In this document: positions 34,541-40,861 of the stretch, piece after piece | How the letters are laid out: each line of letters begins with the position of its first letter | How positions within the stretch are numbered: the first letter of the stretch is position 1 | IMG/VR virus record: IMGVR_UViG_3300005573_000159 | Span: 1 to 40,861 of that record | Source: a virus | Taxonomy: Duplodnaviria; Caudoviricetes | DNA: 40,861 nt | Direction: 5' to 3' (one strand) | Translations under genes and position numbers: made by a program | The notes under the pieces: model-generated | Seen by the model: only the letters and a program-made list of their open reading frames with translations | What the model was told of the DNA's origin: nothing | Databases searched by the model: none

Positions 34541-35482
34541 TTATAGAGAAGATGCCGCACTTTCTACTCTAACAAGTCTTTCCTCCTGTGTTCTTGCTAC
34601 TCCAATATTGGTTTTAGCACCCACTGAACCTTTCTGACCCAATGGGTTGGAAACAGAAAGATTACTTTCAGGAGGAAGAACATAGGTATTTACTTTTGAT
34701 GCCAACCAATAAGAAATTCTATAAGCATCAGCAGCAATGAAAGTTGTAGGATGGACTGTAACTGTTGAAGAGAAGGTTACAACATTTGGAGATTGGACAA
34801 TTCTTACGCCATCTATTGAACCAACTTCTCCGTTGAAGAGGTTTTCAGGAGCAGCATATTTGTGCATGTCAATCCATTGTCCAACAGATGTATTGGACTT
34901 GAGGTCAAAAACTACTTCAGGAGTTGTGATGGCAACATAACCACCTCCCCTGTTGGAGAATTCAGGAGCGGCATTCTTTCTCAATTTTGCAGCTGCTTGC
35001 CTTATTAGGTTGGCATCAATTAAATCTCCAGAGCCAAGAGCGCTTCTTGATGTTTTTCCTCCAGCATAGATTACATTTGTTCCGGCATTGACTACAGTTT
35101 GAATAACTTCATCAATCTTCCTTGCCATTGCCTTACCAACTTCAACGAGGGTTGTGTTGATCAAATCAAAAACAGCAGTTAAAGCGACTAAGTCTGTTAA
35201 TTCCACATTGACACCGTATTGGGTTGGAGTTACATCAATGGCGTTGACAGAAACAGCAATGCTAGTTGGAGGAGTTCCCTCTGTAAGGGTTGATACAGAG
35301 GAAGTTGCGATTTTGTTGAATGTGAAGAATCTTGATGTGTAGTTACCTTGAGGAACATTAACTATTGTTCCGAATTGTTCGAAATATAGGTTTGGCTGAA
35401 GGGACTCTATGACAACTTTGTCATAGTAAATCCCCAATGCCTTTTGCGCGGCCTCAAGGTTACTTGTTGTAGTTGTAGCCAT
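34541..35482 (-). CDS. Major capsid protein, N4-gp56-like (copy B)
   Basis: Colinear paralog of 850..1788; GEVGSIDGVRIVQS, NPLGQKGSVGAK. Confidence 0.88.
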   Translation of the reverse strand: MATTTTSNLEAAQKALGIYYDKVVIESLQPNLYFEQFGTIVNVPQGNYTSRFFTFNKIATSSVSTLTEGTPPTSIAVSVNAIDVTPTQYGVNVELTDLVALTAVFDLINTTLVEVGKAMARKIDEVIQTVVNAGTNVIYAGGKTSRSALGSGDLIDANLIRQAAAKLRKNAAPEFSNRGGGYVAITTPEVVFDLKSNTSVGQWIDMHKYAAPENLFNGEVGSIDGVRIVQSPNVVTFSSTVTVHPTTFIAADAYRISYWLASKVNTYVLPPESNLSVSNPLGQKGSVGAKTNIGVARTQEERLVRVESAASSL

Positions 35483-35531
35483 TTTGCTACATTTCCATCA
35501 GAAACCCCACAACCTGATTCACCAATCTTAC

Positions 35532-36017
35532 CTATTCCTCTGGATAGTATAGTTTTTTGAAGAGCTGTTCCGCTTGTTCTTTGGTTAGAGCCTCTCCTTT
35601 GGGTTCTGATGGAGTAGAAGTTAATTTGCTCGAACCCAAGGAAAATCCTACTTGGGATGGTTTGTTTTCGATTGTTTTTTTGCCAATATACCTTAAAATC
35701 GCATCCTCTATTGGCTCTCCTTCTCTCCTAAACTGCATTATGTTTTCGATTTCATCGGAAAGCTCCGGGTATTTCTTGGTCACAAGGTTCTCGAGTTCCA
35801 GCCTTTCTATCTTGCTCATCAAGTTTCCTATGTCAGAGACACTCAAAAGCTCTTTCGCCTTCTTGAGTTCCTCCTCCAATTGCTTCCTTGCGTGGATTTC
35901 CTGCTCGAGTTTTTGCCTCAAGACCTTGACTGCCGGACCTTCTTCGACCTGTTGTGGTTCCCGGGAAACACTTTCCTCTTGGATTGGTTCCTCTTGTTGA
36001 AGTTGTTCTTCGCCCAT
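35532..36017 (-). CDS. Probable scaffolding protein (copy B)
   Basis: Paralog of 1840..2373, upstream of MCP. Confidence 0.65.
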   Translation of the reverse strand: MGEEQLQQEEPIQEESVSREPQQVEEGPAVKVLRQKLEQEIHARKQLEEELKKAKELLSVSDIGNLMSKIERLELENLVTKKYPELSDEIENIMQFRREGEPIEDAILRYIGKKTIENKPSQVGFSLGSSKLTSTPSEPKGEALTKEQAEQLFKKLYYPEE

Positions 36018-36021
36018 TTGG

Positions 36022-36121
36022 TACGCTTTCCTGTCCGGGAGCAGACAGGAAAGGGAAAATTACGACTTTTGTTTTAAACACCCCATTATTACGCTTCCTT
36101 GCCCGGGAGCAGACAAGGAAG
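36022..36121 (-). promoter_or_regulatory. Two covarying RNA hairpins in the scaffold leader (copy B)
   Basis: 10-bp stems at 36026-36053 and 36094-36121, identical loop UGCUCCCG, both followed by CGUA. Confidence 0.75.
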
Positions 36122-36135
36122 GACAAGATTGAATA

Positions 36136-36480
36136 CTATGGAACGTAAAAGCGTAAAATTTCCTCTATAGCAAATCCTCCTCTTAACTCAACTTGCTTTC
36201 TGCAACCCTCGGAATTGCAAATCCAAGCCTTCCATTCGGGAACGTACATGTAAATCGATTGGTTGAACGTGGATTGTATCCTATACCCTCCGCAGAGACA
36301 ATGGAATTGGTTGTTGTAAAAGACGTCCCTGTAATGCTCACATTCCTTTGCCGGAATTCCGCAAAACTCACAGATTCCACCAATTATTCTGGGATACTTT
36401 GTTACATTTTGGGATTGTACTTCTTGTTCGTTTTCCTTGTTTTTCTTTGGCATTTCCCAGAAATTATAAACCTTAATCAC
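36136..36480 (-). CDS. Cys-rich zinc-binding protein (copy B; likely start 36453)
   Basis: YPRIIGGICEFCGIPA..CLCG..FNQSIYMYVPEWKAWICNSEGC. Confidence 0.7.
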   Translation of the reverse strand: MIKVYNFWEMPKKNKENEQEVQSQNVTKYPRIIGGICEFCGIPAKECEHYRDVFYNNQFHCLCGGYRIQSTFNQSIYMYVPEWKAWICNSEGCRKQVELRGGFAIEEILRFYVP

Positions 36481-36791
36481 GGCCTTGTCAAATCAGTGAA
36501 TTCTAGCTCAATGACCCTCATAAGATTTTCGGGCAGGTTTCTTAAAAAATCAAGAGCGGATAGGCTTTCCCTGTAAGCAATCAAAGTTTCCAATTGTGTT
36601 GGAGAATTCTCAAAATTCTGTATGACCCTTTCCCTTGTGTCCTCGATGATTTTCTGAAAAACCCTCCATTCCTCTGAAGCCGACAATGATTTCAGCCTCA
36701 AATAAAGTTCCTGCGCCCTTTCCGGATTATCAGCAAGATATTCTCTCAGTTGCTTTCCGAAGTATTCCTCGAGTAAGACTCTTTCCTCCAT
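36477..36791 (-). CDS. Conserved hypothetical protein (copy B)
   Basis: Paralog of 2838..3146. Confidence 0.7.
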   Translation of the reverse strand: MEERVLLEEYFGKQLREYLADNPERAQELYLRLKSLSASEEWRVFQKIIEDTRERVIQNFENSPTQLETLIAYRESLSALDFLRNLPENLMRVIELEFTDLTRP

Positions 36792-36982
36792 TATTTTTTC
36801 TTTTTCCTTTGGTGCGTCCTAATGGCTTTTTCCAATTTTCCGCTTCCCTTGCCCTTCGTGACCTTTTCGTGAGGGATTATTCCCTTAACGATGGAGGCAT
36901 AGAAAAACCTCTTGCCCTCCTCTTTTCCGTATTGCTCCTGGAACTTTTTGAGTATTTCCTTGCCCCTTTTTGTGAGTGGCAT
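36791..36982 (-). CDS. Small basic protein (copy B)
   Basis: MPLTKRGKEILKKFQEQYG..FYAS; paralog of 3148..3342. Confidence 0.75.
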   Translation of the reverse strand: MPLTKRGKEILKKFQEQYGKEEGKRFFYASIVKGIIPHEKVTKGKGSGKLEKAIRTHQRKKKK

Positions 36983-37156
36983 AGCTTATTTGTCCTCTTA
37001 ATTATGACCAAAATTTTGTTAACAAATCCTCGATCTCTTTTTCTATGTTTTCGTCTTTTTTCCTCAATGACCTTACCTTTGAAGCGATTCCTGTTTCTTG
37101 CGCTAACAGTTTTTTCCCTCTACTTTTTGTCTTAGGCGGAACCTTCAATTTCTTTT

Positions 37157-39109
37157 TCATTTGACCTCACTCGTTGTCTTTGGCATTAATTGACCAACCA
37201 TTGACTGAATTGCTTCAGTTGGTACCTCTTGCGTTAATTCTTTTTGAACCTCCTCTGGCTGTTCAAGCTCCGGTGCCTCGAATTCCTCCTGTGCTCCCTG
37301 CTCCATGACTTTACTTCTACCTTGGAGGCCCTGCTTCCTCATAAAGTTCATCAAATGCGCCTCTATATGAAGTTTCACAACCTCGTTCTCCGTGAGTTTG
37401 TAATGTTCCTCGAGATGCTCTACATCGTTGTCGTTCTCGTCGATATCGATCCAAATTCCATCCTTCAAGTATTCGTTTTCTTGTCTTGCCTTAAGTTGAT
37501 GGGGAGATGGAGGAAGTAACAAGTCTATCTGTTCCGGAGTGAAGTCCATATCCCTCAAGAGGGTTCTAACTGCGTATCTCACGTTTCCGCCTATTTGCCC
37601 CAAAACTGGGATTATTTCCGCTACGTCCCTTCTTCTGACAACTTTTTGAGGCTCTGCTACCAAAGAGGAAACAACTTCAATTGATGGATCAACCTCTGGA
37701 ATGAACTGCCTTTTGCTGACCTCCACGAACCTGCTCGCCCCGTAGGAACCAATCATCTCGATCAGTTTGTAATCGTTCTCCTTCATAAATCGTTGGTGCC
37801 TCTTGAGCCACCTGTACCAGAAGTCTTTCTCTCCTGCAACAATGTTCCTCATTATGCTTGACATCAACATATCTTGCTTTGCCTTCGCCATTGCAACTTC
37901 TGTTGCCGTCTTCTTAACTGATGCCAATGAACCCCTTAAAATTCGTTGGCTTCCTGTTGCGCCTAATGCTTCATTGACGATCATCTGATAGTAAGCCAAA
38001 ACATCGTTAGAAACTGCCTGTGTCTTGGGAAATGGCGCTATCTGTCCCTGAGGAGGAACTTTTGTAAAGACAATCTTGTTGATTTCCCTTGTCATCAAAT
38101 CCTTGGGATTTAGAACTGCTTGGAGATTAACAAGGAATTGCGGAGTAGTATCAATTCTGATGCCCTGAAGCATGAGGTTCGAAAGATAAACCAAGATCCT
38201 GTGCGAATTCTCTAAAATATCAGGAAGTCCGATACCCCAGAAGCCGAATGGTGTTTTCTGGTAGTAATAAACTACGAATGGAATTTTGCTTTCTCCATTG
38301 CCTTTGTCCTTGTAGTCAACTTTTTGGTAGCCCAGAATTGTGGAGATTTTATTGTCAGTCCATACAACCCATAATTTCCCATTTGCGTACATATACCATT
38401 CTAAAAGCTCGAGATAGGCCTGGGAGTGAAGAGGCTCTTGAGTGTAAAGTCCTTCAAGAAGAATATTTTTTGCTTTTCTTTCCAGCACGGTTTTTTCCAT
38501 CGAAGCAGGATAGCTTGAACCTGCAATTTTCTTCACCATCTCGGGATCCAGCCTGCTGTCGTTTATGAGCTCGTAATAGGTCTTGTAAATGTATCTTCCC
38601 GCATATCTCGCATCATCAATTGTATTAGCGTACTTGTCAACGAAGAAGGTGAATGGTGACTGAACAGATGGCAAAAGGACTTTTCTTTTCGTGTCGTATT
38701 GTGAGACATCTAAAATCCCTGTTCCAAAAAAGATGGTGTTCCAAATTAATTCCCTCTGCACCATTGGCATATTCATTTCTTCAAAATCGAACTTAGCGAC
38801 AGCGTTGGTATAAGCAACTTTTTCCTCATCTTTGGGCATCCTCGCCTTAAACTCAACCCTCATCTCATCGTTATCAATCGAAGAATAAACCTCATGGAAT
38901 TGCGTATAAAGCAAATTTGAACCAACTAACAAATCACCAACTTTTTTCCTTTCTTGGTTGAGGTAAAGCCTGATGTACTCGGTCCAGTAGGTTTTCTTTG
39001 TCCTTAATTCCTGCTGGCTGTCGTTGAACTGCTCCCTTATGTTCTCCAAAATTTCCTGCTCTGTCCACTCTGCTAGGTCCTTCAATGAAAGTTCGAATTT
39101 ATCGATCAT
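37157..39109 (-). CDS. Portal protein, P22-like (copy B)
   Basis: Colinear paralog of 3367..5382. Confidence 0.85.
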   Translation of the reverse strand: MIDKFELSLKDLAEWTEQEILENIREQFNDSQQELRTKKTYWTEYIRLYLNQERKKVGDLLVGSNLLYTQFHEVYSSIDNDEMRVEFKARMPKDEEKVAYTNAVAKFDFEEMNMPMVQRELIWNTIFFGTGILDVSQYDTKRKVLLPSVQSPFTFFVDKYANTIDDARYAGRYIYKTYYELINDSRLDPEMVKKIAGSSYPASMEKTVLERKAKNILLEGLYTQEPLHSQAYLELLEWYMYANGKLWVVWTDNKISTILGYQKVDYKDKGNGESKIPFVVYYYQKTPFGFWGIGLPDILENSHRILVYLSNLMLQGIRIDTTPQFLVNLQAVLNPKDLMTREINKIVFTKVPPQGQIAPFPKTQAVSNDVLAYYQMIVNEALGATGSQRILRGSLASVKKTATEVAMAKAKQDMLMSSIMRNIVAGEKDFWYRWLKRHQRFMKENDYKLIEMIGSYGASRFVEVSKRQFIPEVDPSIEVVSSLVAEPQKVVRRRDVAEIIPVLGQIGGNVRYAVRTLLRDMDFTPEQIDLLLPPSPHQLKARQENEYLKDGIWIDIDENDNDVEHLEEHYKLTENEVVKLHIEAHLMNFMRKQGLQGRSKVMEQGAQEEFEAPELEQPEEVQKELTQEVPTEAIQSMVGQLMPKTTSEVK

Positions 39110-39509
39110 TTTGTTGCGGGTCTTGTAATTCTTCGACGTAAACTGGTTGGAATTCGTATTCGTTTATTTTTTCCAGTGCTCGTTTTTGGAATTCTTCGGG
39201 AGTAATTTTAGGAAGTTTCAAGAGGAACTTGAACCTTCCAACCCATCTTGGATAAGCCAAAGCAACTGCATACAATGCATCCGCTGTTTCACGGAAGACG
39301 ATCTCGGAATAAAGGTAATATTTCTGTTCGTATGCTCGTTCCAAAATCCTTTCCGCTAAAACTTTTTTCAAAAGATGAAAAAATTCTTCTTTCAAAACAT
39401 AAAACTTTTTTCCATTTGCCTCAAATTCTTTTAGCATCGCAGGATTGTTCAATAAAATCTCCTTCTTAGTTATTCTTGCTACTAGCAGGTTGCTGAAGTC
39501 TTTCAACAT
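39099..39509 (-). CDS. Conserved hypothetical protein (copy B)
   Basis: Paralog of 5351..5761. Confidence 0.7.
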   Translation of the reverse strand: MLKDFSNLLVARITKKEILLNNPAMLKEFEANGKKFYVLKEEFFHLLKKVLAERILERAYEQKYYLYSEIVFRETADALYAVALAYPRWVGRFKFLLKLPKITPEEFQKRALEKINEYEFQPVYVEELQDPQQNDR

Positions 39510-39765
39510 CTGGGGCTATAAAAATATTAATATTCGCCTGATAATTTATGAAACCGAAAAGCTTCATGGCCTTCCTTACAAGCTGGATGTGCTTTCCTCT
39601 TTTCCCCAAAATTTTCGCCTTCGCCTCCTTTCGCGGACAATCGAAGATTAGGTTTACTCCCCGTAAATCTATCTTGGCCTCCTTTAAGGTGAATTCCTCT
39701 TTGTAAAACCTTTCCAGGAGTTCCCGTACCTCATCCTTGATTAGATCAAATTTCTCGCCTTCCAT
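39466..39765 (-). CDS. Single KH-domain RNA-binding protein (KhpA-like)
   Basis: AKILGKRGKHIQLVRKAMKLFG..ANINIFI: GxxG loop with type II KH layout. Confidence 0.7.
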   Translation of the reverse strand: MEGEKFDLIKDEVRELLERFYKEEFTLKEAKIDLRGVNLIFDCPRKEAKAKILGKRGKHIQLVRKAMKLFGFINYQANINIFIAPDVERLQQPASSKNN

Positions 39766-39780
39766 AAATGCCTTTCATCT

Positions 39781-40861
39781 CTATTCTACCATAAACTCTT
39801 TCATTTTGTCAAACTCTAGCATTGCGGATAGGTCTACGGCAAATGTCAAGGCCAAAGCATCAGCAACATTTGGAGATTTTATGCCCTTTTTCAATAGTTC
39901 TTCTTTTGGTTGAATTCTAATAACTCTATCAGATTGATGCTTATATTTGATTTCCAATAATTCATTCCACCCATTATCTTTTAAAAGTTTTCCTCCTTTT
40001 AAAATCCATTCTCTTAATCTCCAAAAGAGTTCGGCTTTTTTATTGAAAAATCTATTTGGTTCATCTGCTTTTTGTCCAAAGGATATTCCTAAAGTTCTTG
40101 AAAATAGGCCAACCTCATTTAATCTATCGTAAATTCCTTTCCCTATTCCTGTGATATCTATAACAATTCCATAAAGCCTATATTGCTTGTAAAAATCAGC
40201 AATTAAAGGTAAAATTTGCATAGTATCAGAAAGTTGTTTGTTGAATAAGATTTTTGCTATTGAATTGTCTCTTATAACAATTGTTGTTGCATCTCCTCCT
40301 GCTCCTGGATCTACTCCCAAAACTGCAGTTTCAAAAGTGTATTGATAGTCTATAATTGCATCATTTAATTGTTTTGATGTCAATAATGGTAAATAACCCT
40401 CTTTATCCTGTATGTCATCTAAAGCATACCAATCACCTTCTAATAATGCTTTTTTAGTTGGTTCATCCATATTTTTAGCAAGTTCATCATAATAGTTTTC
40501 GGGTAAATAAGGATTATCACCCTTATAAAGATATAAAACTGCGGAATTTTCCAATTGTTTTTCAATAAATAGTCTTCTTACCCATTCCTTATATGGTCCA
40601 ATTGGATTAGATGCTGCTATAAATTTAACATCTTTTAATCCTGCCCACCTATTTCTTTCTACCAAAATGTCAAAGGTTTCTTTGGGAATTTGCGTTAATT
40701 CGTCTACTCCTATAAAAGCAAATTCAGAAGACTGTCCAATAAACATTATTCTTCCTCTGTGTCTGATTAAAATATTAAAATACGGAGGAACAACAGGTCC
40801 ATAAATTTTCCCTTTATAATGAATTTTTTTAAAATTGTTGGTTTTATATTTTTTATTTCCC
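39781..40861 (-). CDS. terL: Terminase large subunit, C-terminal part with the end of intein 2 (copy B, truncated by window end)
   Basis: ..RGRIMFIGQ|SSEFAFIGVDE, ASNP, GVDPGAGGD, SPNVADA; the frame stays open to the window end. Confidence 0.92.
   Translation of the reverse strand, partial: GNKKYKTNNFKKIHYKGKIYGPVVPPYFNILIRHRGRIMFIGQSSEFAFIGVDELTQIPKETFDILVERNRWAGLKDVKFIAASNPIGPYKEWVRRLFIEKQLENSAVLYLYKGDNPYLPENYYDELAKNMDEPTKKALLEGDWYALDDIQDKEGYLPLLTSKQLNDAIIDYQYTFETAVLGVDPGAGGDATTIVIRDNSIAKILFNKQLSDTMQILPLIADFYKQYRLYGIVIDITGIGKGIYDRLNEVGLFSRTLGISFGQKADEPNRFFNKKAELFWRLREWILKGGKLLKDNGWNELLEIKYKHQSDRVIRIQPKEELLKKGIKSPNVADALALTFAVDLSAMLEFDKMKEFMVE
40727..40861. repeat. Direct repeat copy 2 (matches 7380-7514)
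   Basis: Offset 33,347 bp; one mismatch. Confidence 0.97.

Noticed and set aside
36022-36121. Mini CRISPR array (two similar 32-bp units with a 36-bp gap)
   Set aside because: Only two units, stems differ by compensatory changes, and the position in the scaffold leader is conserved in copy A; an RNA operator fits better.
1858-40132. Many plus-strand ORFs overlapping minus-strand genes
   Set aside because: Phe/Ser/Leu-rich antisense shadows of Lys/Glu-rich genes with no motifs.
39781-40746. Stand-alone 321-aa ORF starting MFIGQ
   Set aside because: That Met lies inside the intein; the frame continues to the window end, so this is a truncated terL.
1-40861. Stop-codon reassignment
   Set aside because: Genes tile densely in the standard code and use TAA, TAG and TGA as stops.

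Overview
Tailed-phage DNA (Caudoviricetes, podovirus-like: no tape measure, tube or sheath gene seen), most likely infecting a bacterium (sigma70-like promoters, peptidoglycan-binding endolysin, LysM; a Patescibacteria/CPR host is only an inference). The window holds two diverged copies of a packaging/head module on the minus strand: copy A (1-7393) and copy B (33310-40861). The last 121 bp (40741-40861) are identical to 7394-7514, inside a terminase intein. So 7394-40740 (33,347 bp) closes into an apparently complete circular genome (Rep with iterons, TerS, TerL with two inteins, portal, scaffold, N4-gp56-type MCP, adaptor, tail/ejection proteins, lysis, early genes), and 1-7393 is an alternative head module from a relative joined at the intein. 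No integrase, polymerase, tRNA or CRISPR array was found. Main signals: intein shared by two diverged terminases; two non-canonical inteins in TerL (class 3 Ala1/WCT, and Gln-terminated); an AGGTCG motif about 20 nt upstream of many start codons in place of a Shine-Dalgarno; conserved covarying RNA hairpins before the scaffold gene; a switch-like Rep leader; a higher-GC Cas4-like nuclease plus trypsin protease cassette; a PurD-like ATP-grasp enzyme and a KH protein among the virion genes. All family calls are from motifs read by eye, not database searches.
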